IMG/VR virus record: IMGVR_UViG_3300028277_000003
Span: 1,436 to 65,435 of that record
Reading direction: 5' to 3' (one strand)
Length of the DNA: 64,000 bases
Origin: a virus
Taxonomy: Duplodnaviria; Caudoviricetes
The position numbers and the translations under genes are program-made. This document shows positions 25,201-34,115 of the stretch, one piece after another. Each line of letters starts with the position of its first letter. The first letter of the stretch is position 1. The notes beneath the pieces are model-generated. The model was not told the DNA's origin. It searched no databases and was given only the letters and a program-made list of their open reading frames with translations.

Positions 25201-27920
25201 ATATTAAAAATCCTAAAGATACTTTACCCAAAGGCTTCTTTGACGAGTTACTATCTATACAAGAAGAATTTGAAAATACAGATGACCCTGAAAAAATAAA
25301 ATACCTAAAAAGTATGCTTCAGCCATTACAAGAACAATACGCAACTGCAACAAAGAGACAAAGAGAATATGGAGGGCAATCCAAACCACGTGGCGACTTT
25401 GGCAATGTACGAAAATACATGGAAGAGGCTCACGGAAGCGATAGAGGCGGGATTGCAGAGATATTTAGAACAGTAATTGCACCTGCAATTCTAAAAAAGA
25501 AACCCGACGCATTCCATGAAGATAATCCTAAGGCTTTACTAAATATTTTGAGAGGTGTAAAAGATGCGCAAAGACATCTTTATGTTAATGGAGACCACAA
25601 TGTAAAGATTAGTGCACACACCCACTCATCCGAAGAAGAAGATATGTCATCTGATATACAATATAATTTAGCAAATCAAATGAAAACTCTAGGCCCATTA
25701 ACAAATAACGTAATTGACCCAAGTAAACATGGGGTGCAAGATGTATTAGAAATGTTAGATTTACCTAACGAAGATGCTCATAAAGAACATGCTCAAAGAT
25801 ATTTACAAACTTTATCCGGCCCAGTACATGCTTACAGCATAGGTCAACTTGCTACAATGAGTGGCCTTGATGGTAACCCGATGCAATGGAATCCGAAAGA
25901 TAAAGAAATGTTTGAAGGAAAAGGACACGGCGATGTTCACACTCACTTAGATAATGTATTGAGAGAAGGACAGGCTAGTTTTCCACCTGCTAGAAAAGAT
26001 ACAGGCAACATATACCCTAAAGGACATCCGAAAGAAGGACAAACATCAACAACCCCTAATAGGGATTTTGATAGAGCGCAAGCGTTATTCAAAAAAAATC
26101 CTATATACAATGCTCTAGGGTTTTTACATCAAAATGCAAGAAATGAAATGAAGTTAGGGGGATATGGTTTACAATATCACCAAGCACCTGCTCCTTTAGG
26201 TAAAAGAAGTAAACAAACTAACGCTCATAATAAAAGCATTGAAGGCACTTTATTACACGAAAGTCAATATGGTCAAGGTTCTTTAGATTACCACCATGCA
26301 AGAAGAAAAGATATTGCAAGTAATATACTGTCTTTTGACACTAGCCCTGATATTGATTTGAAATCTAAAGTTGAACCTAAAACAATTCACAGCATTGGTT
26401 GGGGTAATGAGCAAGTAAAACCACTTAGAAGTCATGAGGGTGCAACTCCAACCGACCAGTTCACCAGCGGTCTAATGGATTGGGGTTGGAGTGGAAAAGC
26501 AGAAATTGGTACAGAACACGATTTTGACGGTAACTCTGTTGTAGGCACTCATATGAGTGAAGAGAACTTCCCTTCTGTGCCTTTTAGTTATCTACAGTCT
26601 TTACTTCGAGATTCACATTCGCCTGAAAATATACAATCTATGTTAACTAATGCAGAACCCTTTACTCAATATCCCGCACAAATGACTCAAAATATTGATG
26701 GTGAAACACCAAGTGATGATTATCAGAATGTATCTAAAGCAGATTTACCTAAAGAAATACCACTAATAGAGCCACTACATAGAATCTTTGAACTTAAAGA
26801 CATGTCTGAATTAAGAGGCTTTACTGGTGAATGGGTTGTGTCTATTCACAAAGATGGTACAAGATGTAAAGTTAGTAAAAAGAATGGTAGAATAGCAATA
26901 GAAGACGAAAATGGCGTGAAGCAATCTTGTAGTGATGAATTAAGAGATTCATTCAAAGCGGCGTGTAAGAAAAATTATGTTGTTGACGGAATAATGGATG
27001 ATGGTGATTTCTATATTAATGACATTTTGTCATATGATAAGGATGAAGTTACTGAACTAACTACAAGAGAGCGCATTAAAATCTTAAGAGGGCAGTTTGA
27101 GAGTTACCACCCTGTATTCATACCTAGTCCATCTGATATTAGAATTACAGATGAAGTTGGACTAGAAGGTGCGGTAAAAGAATTGGGTAAAGATTCTGAT
27201 AAGTTATTGCTTCGTGATGCAAAGTCTACTTACATGAAAGGAGAAGAGAAGCATCCAAAGTGGGTATTACTTGCTAAATCTGATATTTTGTACCATGTGC
27301 CTTTTACTATGGAGATTGATGATAGTCACTTTATCATCAGATTACCCGAAGATGTTGTGAAATACGATATTGTAGATGAGAAGGCCGTGAACCCTGTAGC
27401 CGCTATCGGTGAAATAACCAATTCGGATTACTCTATACGGTTAGCAAAAAGCCTTGAGTCTTATTGGCAAGACGGTTTAATTGAATTGTTAAAAGAAGAA
27501 ACGCAAATTGAAATACAAGAGAAGGTAGGGGAAGAGACACAGATTGAACCTGAGTTAAACGAAGAAGAGATAGAAGAAGAAAGCGCTGGCATCTTGAAAC
27601 CTAAGAAAGATAGAAACTTAATTATGAAGCCAAACGATATGGCGAAGGCGCTATTACTAATTGAAAGAGCCTTAGATAAAATGCAAAAAGGCCATAGTAA
27701 CATGGCTGGAAGAGGATTAGGAATAGATGTTGGGGGCGGTGTTGAAAGCCCTCGTGGACCTACTTCTCTTACGGCAGAGCAGGCTTTGCCCGATTGGGAT
27801 ATGAAGAAGCGCCCTACTGAGGACTTGGAGAAGCCGGAAGATTATCCGGGTAGAAAACAGAAAAAGAGGCAATCCGTAGAGCAGTCTAGCGTTTTTAATG
27901 AAAGAAGCCTTGATGAGTAG
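22299..27920 (+). CDS. 1873-aa protein with C-terminal ATP-dependent DNA-ligase-like domain (apparently degenerate)
   Basis: GAGGTGA RBS; about 26739-27283 shows ligase-like order GEWVVSIHKDGTR, VVDG, FYINDIL, RERIKIL, LLLRDAKSTY, KWVLL; N-terminal about 1480 aa are K/H/E-rich and of unknown function. Confidence 0.75.
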   Translation: MEEDAAEVYIRHRTELMKAIFDNTNPEQEVGDYLLSKINLENHDITYDKIGLDLVCDSYSNYVLTKAKKKQGETGTLHGHRPAMDKVYGSNHEWKNRVKRAWNENDNKKHNYKLHSPQKDGEDYLSYHERNLIPDSMRHALWPEINPHTIEFDHKDETNEAILRPTEHYKDANPFSEKNHPMRRRRVDTSMPEWESTLRNYYLSDFGWAKKGKDIENAHKSFHTNKDKTGVQDIRELVKVGEAIKDKTGIATGKKEDEFKTVKNVKHGIYHGINKGTESHKMSFLGGNDGHEGSMNHQDDIRIRDFERWKKDYPERVKQLEEDGEDLEETHFNDRMRKLDSNDIFEEKINPKTSTNVYENIDRRGESTLEDVKKIPHGHGMGWDTWNHGLEFLNPKERSLVMKHINEHGTDDPAHQSVTLPDGQRIHMHRIKANLQMRNNAEVDHWTRSQMHAGPNKAKHIEANTDNLKTGTEGVVSKALKDTLIKDNFPYHGERFKYIERMVKDKKTGEYKPKLVKTKLFDETAHEALIRNLEEHHEGDKLLEYEEGKLTTDEESGETTIAPGKSNLPPFDARDIGEYQKSLSQGKTMKEAFGKKIHAGSDVVLSPEGLHTLVGYNKNDLTNSLHPMFKGQKKPFLEKNIMKEVLKNIDRSTGIANKSKDIRNGMGTFRAPNGPRKDNPLLEEGEEKNYYDHEGKLRTLAYPFSQSFTNRGGVGRPITTLMEILHDFKSEGLTSKGDVKPTLKSLIEYKLNHNMEKGISTLKAGSTSPFGVKDADNVIDANPSTVGAYGHLHSDYLPTKQQNHYSALGILSKTDTTSHSQNLTGTKTGKGRNTKTNSSDHDHTRSPGLAPLLEHGLDKKYNSSLTKYLTGNLTSNAYTQTSARNIMSREKYSKLTKEQQQQYNIQGESSVRNLAGESHYRATVNGSTSPPNNPAQRFLNFKDIENNPNYLSTGDDIDDVMTALPSSYIKNPKDTLPKGFFDELLSIQEEFENTDDPEKIKYLKSMLQPLQEQYATATKRQREYGGQSKPRGDFGNVRKYMEEAHGSDRGGIAEIFRTVIAPAILKKKPDAFHEDNPKALLNILRGVKDAQRHLYVNGDHNVKISAHTHSSEEEDMSSDIQYNLANQMKTLGPLTNNVIDPSKHGVQDVLEMLDLPNEDAHKEHAQRYLQTLSGPVHAYSIGQLATMSGLDGNPMQWNPKDKEMFEGKGHGDVHTHLDNVLREGQASFPPARKDTGNIYPKGHPKEGQTSTTPNRDFDRAQALFKKNPIYNALGFLHQNARNEMKLGGYGLQYHQAPAPLGKRSKQTNAHNKSIEGTLLHESQYGQGSLDYHHARRKDIASNILSFDTSPDIDLKSKVEPKTIHSIGWGNEQVKPLRSHEGATPTDQFTSGLMDWGWSGKAEIGTEHDFDGNSVVGTHMSEENFPSVPFSYLQSLLRDSHSPENIQSMLTNAEPFTQYPAQMTQNIDGETPSDDYQNVSKADLPKEIPLIEPLHRIFELKDMSELRGFTGEWVVSIHKDGTRCKVSKKNGRIAIEDENGVKQSCSDELRDSFKAACKKNYVVDGIMDDGDFYINDILSYDKDEVTELTTRERIKILRGQFESYHPVFIPSPSDIRITDEVGLEGAVKELGKDSDKLLLRDAKSTYMKGEEKHPKWVLLAKSDILYHVPFTMEIDDSHFIIRLPEDVVKYDIVDEKAVNPVAAIGEITNSDYSIRLAKSLESYWQDGLIELLKEETQIEIQEKVGEETQIEPELNEEEIEEESAGILKPKKDRNLIMKPNDMAKALLLIERALDKMQKGHSNMAGRGLGIDVGGGVESPRGPTSLTAEQALPDWDMKKRPTEDLEKPEDYPGRKQKKRQSVEQSSVFNERSLDE

Positions 27921-27929
27921 TCCCGTAGC

Positions 27930-27937
27930 ATATATGT
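27930..27937 (+). promoter_or_regulatory. Candidate TATA box for the capsid operon
   Basis: ATATATGT in the intergenic gap, followed by a GGTGA RBS and GTG start at 27966. Confidence 0.4.
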
Positions 27938-27965
27938 AGTAAGGTTTTACGTATGGTGAATTAGT

Positions 27966-29327
27966 GTGCTCGGTAGTCAACAACTATTCAGAAACGGCGA
28001 TGGCCCAATTAGTATCCTCAAGGGTGCTAATGACCTCATCGTTGCTGGTTATGCCAGCGTTGAAGTTGTAGACAAGCAAGGCGACGTAATAACAAAGGAG
28101 GCATTGAAACACGCATTTCGGAAATTCATGGAAAATCCGTCATACAGAAATGTTCAATTGGCTCACAGTAATATACAAATTGGAGACGTTGTACCGAATT
28201 ACACAGATAATGAAGGGAGGTTGTGGAAAAGCGAAGTCGATGATGTCGGAATGTTTGTAGTTGTAAAATTACGAGACGACATCGAGAAAGCAAAAGAGGT
28301 TTCAGCAGAAATCAGAAAAGGCGTTCTCAGAGGATTCAGTATCGGTGGTCAAGCGTTTAAAAGAGTCAGAAAATCAGACCCAAAACGAGGAGACTACCAA
28401 GAAATAAGCAAACTGGAACTTCATGAAATAACGATTTGTGAAAAAGGCATCAATCCCGAAGCAACATTTAGCATACTAAAAGAAGATAACAACACGGAAG
28501 TGAATAAAATGACAGAAACAGAAAATGATAATGAAATGATGAAACAACTTGGTAGCGTACTTTCGCGTTTAGAAGGTCGGCTTGACGATATGGAAAAGGG
28601 CGAAAAACCTGCTTTCCTTGAAGAGAAGAAAGACGACGATAAGAAAGATGACAAGAAGAAAGAAGAAGTAGCGGCAGTAGAGGAAGTAGAAAAGTCAGAA
28701 TACTCTGATGTAATTACTTCTGATTACCTTAACTGGATGGAAGACACTCTAAAGAGTGCTGGAGTAAATACTGCCGAGGCACGTACTCACTTCGACGACT
28801 TAGAGAAAGCCAACCTAGGCTCTACACCTGAAGAAATTCAGGCTAACCACAAAGGTCTAACTGGTCAAGCACCGGGTAGAACACAAGAAGGTGGAAACCC
28901 ATCAACCGGTGCTATCGCAGCAACCACAGGCGGTGGAGTGAAGAAATCAGATTTCATTAACCCAGCATCACTTACAGACTCAGACATTGAGTCTGCGTAT
29001 GAAGTATACAAAGCAGCGGCTCTTGAAGAAGAGTTCCGTGGCTCTCTAGAAAATGATTTCGCATCTCGATATGCGTCAGAGCGTACAACAGAAGTTGCAA
29101 AAGCAGAAGCAGCAGCATATGATGCACGTGGACCACTAGATGAGATAAACAAAGCAATCAGCGCACTTTCGGAGCGTATTGAAGCAATCACCACTCCAAC
29201 AGAAACTGGAGAGCAAATCACAAAATCGGATGCTGATGCACCAACACTAACAGTTCCTTCAACAGAAGATTTAGCAAAAATGTCATGGGATGAAGTTCAT
29301 AACTTGGCATCTAAGGCTTTTGAGTGA
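27966..29327 (+). CDS. HK97-type prohead protease fused to scaffolding domain
   Basis: IVAGYASVEVVDKQGDVI, catalytic His (LAHSN), GFSIGG nucleophile motif, LHEITIC..GINPEA; acidic coiled-coil C-terminal half; directly upstream of the capsid gene. Confidence 0.92.
   Translation: MLGSQQLFRNGDGPISILKGANDLIVAGYASVEVVDKQGDVITKEALKHAFRKFMENPSYRNVQLAHSNIQIGDVVPNYTDNEGRLWKSEVDDVGMFVVVKLRDDIEKAKEVSAEIRKGVLRGFSIGGQAFKRVRKSDPKRGDYQEISKLELHEITICEKGINPEATFSILKEDNNTEVNKMTETENDNEMMKQLGSVLSRLEGRLDDMEKGEKPAFLEEKKDDDKKDDKKKEEVAAVEEVEKSEYSDVITSDYLNWMEDTLKSAGVNTAEARTHFDDLEKANLGSTPEEIQANHKGLTGQAPGRTQEGGNPSTGAIAATTGGGVKKSDFINPASLTDSDIESAYEVYKAAALEEEFRGSLENDFASRYASERTTEVAKAEAAAYDARGPLDEINKAISALSERIEAITTPTETGEQITKSDADAPTLTVPSTEDLAKMSWDEVHNLASKAFE
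28509..29327 (+). CDS. Nested in-frame scaffolding protein (internal start)
   Basis: GGAAGTGA RBS-like sequence, then AT-rich spacer and ATG at 28509, immediately after the protease domain ends. Confidence 0.55.
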   Translation: MTETENDNEMMKQLGSVLSRLEGRLDDMEKGEKPAFLEEKKDDDKKDDKKKEEVAAVEEVEKSEYSDVITSDYLNWMEDTLKSAGVNTAEARTHFDDLEKANLGSTPEEIQANHKGLTGQAPGRTQEGGNPSTGAIAATTGGGVKKSDFINPASLTDSDIESAYEVYKAAALEEEFRGSLENDFASRYASERTTEVAKAEAAAYDARGPLDEINKAISALSERIEAITTPTETGEQITKSDADAPTLTVPSTEDLAKMSWDEVHNLASKAFE

Positions 29328-29356
29328 TATAGAATATAAAATGGAGATGAAATAAA

Positions 29357-30526
29357 ATGGCACGAAATTACGTACGAACAATAACAGACATGGAAAGATA
29401 CTACTATGGAGCAGGTAACGCAATGGGTTACTCATACTCAGGTAGTGAATTACTCAAGGCCGACAGCCCTATGCTGTCAACAACAGGTGGTACATACCAA
29501 GCAATCTATGGTCGCAAAGTATGGTCACAATTAAATCAAGAATTTAACGCATTCTCTATCCTACCAAAGAAACCATGGGATAGAAGTGGATGGCGAGTTA
29601 TCACCGATAGGCCAAACAGCGGAGCAATTGCTGGTAGCGGTATTGCTGAGAACGGCACACTACCTGAAACTATTAAACCAGCATTCCAACATGTGGCAGC
29701 AAAACCTAAGACTATCGCTCACACATTCGATATGTCTGAAACTGCTATCTTCCTTGCTGACAAGGATGACGGAATGGGCGATATTCGCTCAGTCATGAAA
29801 GAGGAAATGGGTAAACATCACGCAGAAGTCATCAATAAGATGATGTGTGGTGACGTTGACACAGTAGCAGGCAATAATTTCGAGTCTCTTGACCGAGTTA
29901 CTGCTGGATACGCTGCCGGTGCTGCATCTAAGACTGGACTAAGTACAGACGGTGATGCAATAAACGCAAACGGTGACCTAGACATATACAGTATTAGCAG
30001 AAGTGCAAATACATGGTCTAACGCTGAAATGAGTGTAAACGCAGTAGGTGGGACGCAAACCGATAGAACACTTTCTCTAGACTTATTAGATGAGATGTTC
30101 CAAAAGATGTGGATTCGTGGTGGAAACCCGAAAGTTATGTTAACTGGATATGATACTCTAATGAGAATCCAGCAACTTCTACAATCACAACAGAGGTTCA
30201 TGGAAGAGAAGAGAGTTACCCCTACCTACAACGGTGTAAAGGGTGTACCCGGAATCGAGGCTGGTTTCATCGTAGCAACATACAACGGTGTACCAATCAT
30301 TCCTACAAAGAACATGGCAGCAGACACACTATCAAGAGTTTACTACCTAGATACAGATTACTTACACTTCAGCACAGCAATTCCAACACAATACTTTGAG
30401 AGTGGAATAGAAACTGGTGACCCATTCGCAATCAACAGACTGGGCCAAGAAGGACTATACCGTACTATGGGAGAACTATGGACAACTTTCTTCGGAGCAC
30501 AAGGGAGCGTAAGAGACCTCAAATGA
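29357..30526 (+). CDS. Major capsid protein (HK97 fold)
   Basis: Position after protease/scaffold, 389 aa; GIAENGTLP, E-loop-like FQHVAAKPKTIAHTF, ATYNGVPIIP, YYLDTDYL; putative propeptide ending ELLK-A. Confidence 0.92.
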   Translation: MARNYVRTITDMERYYYGAGNAMGYSYSGSELLKADSPMLSTTGGTYQAIYGRKVWSQLNQEFNAFSILPKKPWDRSGWRVITDRPNSGAIAGSGIAENGTLPETIKPAFQHVAAKPKTIAHTFDMSETAIFLADKDDGMGDIRSVMKEEMGKHHAEVINKMMCGDVDTVAGNNFESLDRVTAGYAAGAASKTGLSTDGDAINANGDLDIYSISRSANTWSNAEMSVNAVGGTQTDRTLSLDLLDEMFQKMWIRGGNPKVMLTGYDTLMRIQQLLQSQQRFMEEKRVTPTYNGVKGVPGIEAGFIVATYNGVPIIPTKNMAADTLSRVYYLDTDYLHFSTAIPTQYFESGIETGDPFAINRLGQEGLYRTMGELWTTFFGAQGSVRDLK

Positions 30527-30560
30527 GGTTGTCTTGGAGATAATAAAGGAGTGAAAAGAT

Positions 30561-30956
30561 ATGGCAGATACATTAACATTAGGCGGAACAGCGACAGCGG
30601 CATTAGTAGGAGCATGGGAACTTAGAGCGGGTTCTCATAACACTACAGAATGGTTAGATGGAGCAGCAGATACATCCTATCCGGGCGGGGGTCCGGGTAC
30701 ATTCAGCGCAGTAAATAGCGATGGAGCAAACGGATACGACCCAGCACCAAAGATGGCATTAATTAACGTAACAGGTGGAGCAGATGGTGAAACAATCATT
30801 CTCTCCGGTGGAGCATCAGCAATCCTGAGCGTTATGGCGACCGATGGTGGTACAGCAGCAGTAGCAGTTGGAGCATCCTTTACAGGACTAACAGCAACCT
30901 TGCAATACCTAAGTGGTTCAGCAAACGTTACAACAGTAATGGTACTATACAACTGA
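30561..30956 (+). CDS. Probable capsid decoration/minor structural protein
   Basis: Immediately after the MCP, strong RBS, small A/G/T-rich beta protein. Confidence 0.6.
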   Translation: MADTLTLGGTATAALVGAWELRAGSHNTTEWLDGAADTSYPGGGPGTFSAVNSDGANGYDPAPKMALINVTGGADGETIILSGGASAILSVMATDGGTAAVAVGASFTGLTATLQYLSGSANVTTVMVLYN

Positions 30957-30966
30957 GGTGGTTTAA

Positions 30967-31398
30967 CTGCCTATAGTTACATTTGTTGGCAATCTCTACA
31001 TGAGACCTAATACAGACCCCTCTATGGGTGACTGGATTAGAGGTAATCCTGTAGAAGTTACTGAAGATTGGTTAGTTGCTAATAAAAGGCAATTAAAACC
31101 ATCATTGTTTGTAATAGAAGGTGCAGCATACGATTTGCTAAATGACGGACTACCTGATGTGGGTTGGATAAAAGCAGACATCGTTACATGGTTAAAACAA
31201 CAAGGTCTAGAAGTATCTAATGGATACAAAACTAAGTCTTCATTGTTATCAATGGTGGATGGTGTTTTAACCCCAGCCCCTGTCGAAGAAGTTGTAGTCG
31301 AAGTCGCCGCTGAAATTGTCGAAGAAGTTGTAGTCGTAGAGACTCCAATTGAAGAAGCAGTTGTTGAGGCAGTAGAAACAACAGAACAAGAAATTTAA
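30967..31398 (+). CDS. Hypothetical structural-region protein with E/V-rich tail (probable CTG start)
   Basis: GAGGTGG RBS at 30955-30961 is followed by an in-frame CTG at 30967 (PIVTFVGNLYM...); C-terminal VEEVVV repeats. Confidence 0.65.
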   Translation: MPIVTFVGNLYMRPNTDPSMGDWIRGNPVEVTEDWLVANKRQLKPSLFVIEGAAYDLLNDGLPDVGWIKADIVTWLKQQGLEVSNGYKTKSSLLSMVDGVLTPAPVEEVVVEVAAEIVEEVVVVETPIEEAVVEAVETTEQEI

Positions 31399-31412
31399 GG
31401 AGATAAAAAAAT

Positions 31413-31691
31413 ATGGCATTTAGTAGTACAGAAGATAACAGAACACACGTATTAGGCGACCTGATGATGGTTACCGGAGATTGGAACGCAGCGAGCGTAG
31501 CAACAGGCACGATAGTAACGGGCCTATCAGATATTCTTGCTTGCGGAGTAATGGGCGACACCTTTGGTGACGTTACTGGTGGAGGCGTAGACGGAGCATT
31601 TGCTATCGTCGCAGACGCAGCACCCGGCTCATTAGTAGTCGATTGCGTCAGTGGAAACACTGGTTCTTGGTGGGCATTAGGAAAGCGCTGA
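31413..31691 (+). CDS. Small structural protein
   Basis: AAGGAGA RBS; 92 aa, G/A/D/V-rich, ends WWALGKR. Confidence 0.7.
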   Translation: MAFSSTEDNRTHVLGDLMMVTGDWNAASVATGTIVTGLSDILACGVMGDTFGDVTGGGVDGAFAIVADAAPGSLVVDCVSGNTGSWWALGKR

Positions 31692-31708
31692 TTAAGGCGG
31701 TGACCTAA

Positions 31709-31903
31709 ATGGTAAAAGCGATACAAGTAATTGGACCTTACAGCCCTAGAGATTTCTCAGGGGCAGGTAATGACGGTACGTTAAGCACCGCTATGACTAC
31801 TGATATCGAAGCATTAACTGGCTATGCTAGTGCTAAAATAATCTCAGTCGAGCCAACCACAGTATTAGGAAATATATTCTTAGTAATATATCAGAAAGCA
31901 TAA
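31709..31903 (+). CDS. Small hypothetical protein
   Basis: GGTGA RBS, 64 aa, in operon. Confidence 0.65.
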   Translation: MVKAIQVIGPYSPRDFSGAGNDGTLSTAMTTDIEALTGYASAKIISVEPTTVLGNIFLVIYQKA

Positions 31904-31922
31904 TAGAAGGTGGTGTGAGTGA

Positions 31923-32222
31923 ATGTCAGGATTCGAGTTACAAACGCTTGATATCGACGACATAAGCAGAGCACAAAAACAAACAGTTCGCGCAGATATT
32001 ACATACGACGCTCATACAGTGAATACAGACTCGCCTTTGAGCGGTATCACTACTAAACAGAGGACAAGAACGAGTGAACTCTCCGATGTACTCGATATAG
32101 GAGCAGGTACACGCTGTGCTCATTGTGGTATGCTTCACTTTTTATGGAGAGCAACCTGCGGCGCATGCGACAGACCTATGGAGTATAACCTCGGTAGCCG
32201 TAACGAGGAGGCGAGGCTCTAA
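31923..32222 (+). CDS. Zinc-ribbon protein
   Basis: CAHCG...CGACD. Confidence 0.7.
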   Translation: MSGFELQTLDIDDISRAQKQTVRADITYDAHTVNTDSPLSGITTKQRTRTSELSDVLDIGAGTRCAHCGMLHFLWRATCGACDRPMEYNLGSRNEEARL

Positions 32223-33790
32223 TGCCACAAGTATTCAGTCCGGGTGAGGGAGAGACAAGACCTCTTGACCCAACAGCAGTCGTTTATACCACAGCACAGA
32301 AAGTTGCTGATTTATTAGACATAGGCCCACAAGAAGCGGTAGTTGCCTCATATAATAGCGATAATAACGGCGTGTATGTTACTGGTGCTGATTATAGAAA
32401 TATTGGATTCTCTTCAGGAGACGTTATACTTGTTTATTCAGATGCAGACCCAATGGGATTTGAAAAAGAAATTGGCGCACCTACAACAAGCATCAATGGT
32501 GTAAAATTACCTTTTGCTAGTGGTACTGTTACCGCATCAGATTATCAAACTGCTGATAACACTTACATTCAGAATCAAGCCTCTTTCTCTAATGGTAGAA
32601 CACGAGGTGTTACGAAAAGTAAAGTTGAAGATATTATACTACGTATGCAAGACCACATAGACAATAGAACCCATAATGCTTGGAGACCTTATCTTGTGCA
32701 AGCGGAATACATTAATTTCGACACATACAAGCCGTATAGACGTAGATACTACACAGATTATGTAGGTACAGCGCCTCTATTATTTAGAAATGTACAGCAA
32801 ATATTACGTCTTGAACTATGGCAAGGAGACGATTATAGAGAGATAGCATCAGCGGAAGCACGTCTTTTAATTCCTGAAACGGTACAAGGAGAAACAGGTT
32901 CTATAGTCCTATCACCGGGTAATGGGACGGCAGCGACAATGACAATTGGTACAGGTACTAATCAATGGAGGTCTGCTTTTGATAAAAATACAACAGCACA
33001 GAATCTTGCTGATTTAATTAATAAAGAAGATAGAGTAGGCAAAACATCTGTGGAATTTGTACCAGCCTTTACTCTTGAAGGTAATACTTCTAACGTGGCT
33101 GTACATAATGAGTTTTTAGCATCTGCAAATTCGGATTATGGTACGGGGATTATAAAAATTACAAGTATGAGAGATACAAAAGGTGGAGAATCTTCTAGTA
33201 TAGTTACCACAAATACCAATATTGAAATCTCTCAAACTACTAGTGTAAGCACTACATTTACTAGTTTGGCTAGTACAACAATAACAGTAGCCACGACAGA
33301 TGGATTTGTGGCTGCTGGAGTAGTTGTAGACGCTAGTGGGGATGTATTTAGTTACACAGGAAAAACAGATACTACGTTTACGGGCTGTACGATAGTTGTA
33401 GGTTCTGCGTTATCTGATATCGCTGGGGCATTAAAGCAAGATAAGTTTGTTATTGATTTACACGGTGGTAGTTCTAGTGGAGATAAAGGTCGTTTGCGCG
33501 ATTGGTGGATGGATTCAGAAATGGGCATTATCTACTTTAACAACTCATACCCTTTCTTTGAATGGAATGCAATCAAAACATCTTATATTTATGGCGAAAG
33601 ATATGTAGACAAGGCTATTGAAGATATATGTACTAAAATGGTAGCCATTGACTTACTCTTAAGTGACGATAGAAGCGTACTCATACCTGAAGGTACACAG
33701 AATGTAGACATATCGTCTAAGATTCAACTTTACAAAATGGACATAGAAAAGACATTTCCTCGTTATATAGAGGTGGTTACCTTTGAGTGA
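32222..33790 (+). CDS. Probable head-tail adaptor with inserted beta-domains
   Basis: VYTTAQKVADLL N-terminus, ILRMQDHIDNRT and YIYGERYVDKAIEDICTKMVAIDLL resemble adaptor (SPP1 gp15/HK97 gp6-like) proteins; position after the head genes. Confidence 0.65.
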   Translation: MPQVFSPGEGETRPLDPTAVVYTTAQKVADLLDIGPQEAVVASYNSDNNGVYVTGADYRNIGFSSGDVILVYSDADPMGFEKEIGAPTTSINGVKLPFASGTVTASDYQTADNTYIQNQASFSNGRTRGVTKSKVEDIILRMQDHIDNRTHNAWRPYLVQAEYINFDTYKPYRRRYYTDYVGTAPLLFRNVQQILRLELWQGDDYREIASAEARLLIPETVQGETGSIVLSPGNGTAATMTIGTGTNQWRSAFDKNTTAQNLADLINKEDRVGKTSVEFVPAFTLEGNTSNVAVHNEFLASANSDYGTGIIKITSMRDTKGGESSSIVTTNTNIEISQTTSVSTTFTSLASTTITVATTDGFVAAGVVVDASGDVFSYTGKTDTTFTGCTIVVGSALSDIAGALKQDKFVIDLHGGSSSGDKGRLRDWWMDSEMGIIYFNNSYPFFEWNAIKTSYIYGERYVDKAIEDICTKMVAIDLLLSDDRSVLIPEGTQNVDISSKIQLYKMDIEKTFPRYIEVVTFE

Positions 33791-34115
33791 TACAGAAAAA
33801 ATAGTTTACGATGAGTGGAAGAAAACTATAACTGCTGAATTAAGTAATAAAGAGTATCAAGCAGATTTACAAAAGGCAGTCACAGAAGGTCCGGCGGAAT
33901 ATAGAGAGGCTGTAGAACGTTCTGAAAGAGGACTAGAACCCAAAAACATGAGCATTGAGCAAGAATCTGCGATGAAAAATAGAGTCAATAGACGAATGAT
34001 GACAGAATCCCCCGGTCTTATGGAACACAAACTAAAGAATGATGGTGGTAAATTAGTACCTGATTTTAAAGCCCATGAGCGTGAAAAACGTAAGAAGGAG
34101 TTTGCTAAATGGTAG
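33783..34115 (+). CDS. Hypothetical protein (neck region)
   Basis: GAGGTGG RBS with TTG start; charged helical 110 aa. Confidence 0.65.
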   Translation: MSDTEKIVYDEWKKTITAELSNKEYQADLQKAVTEGPAEYREAVERSERGLEPKNMSIEQESAMKNRVNRRMMTESPGLMEHKLKNDGGKLVPDFKAHEREKRKKEFAKW

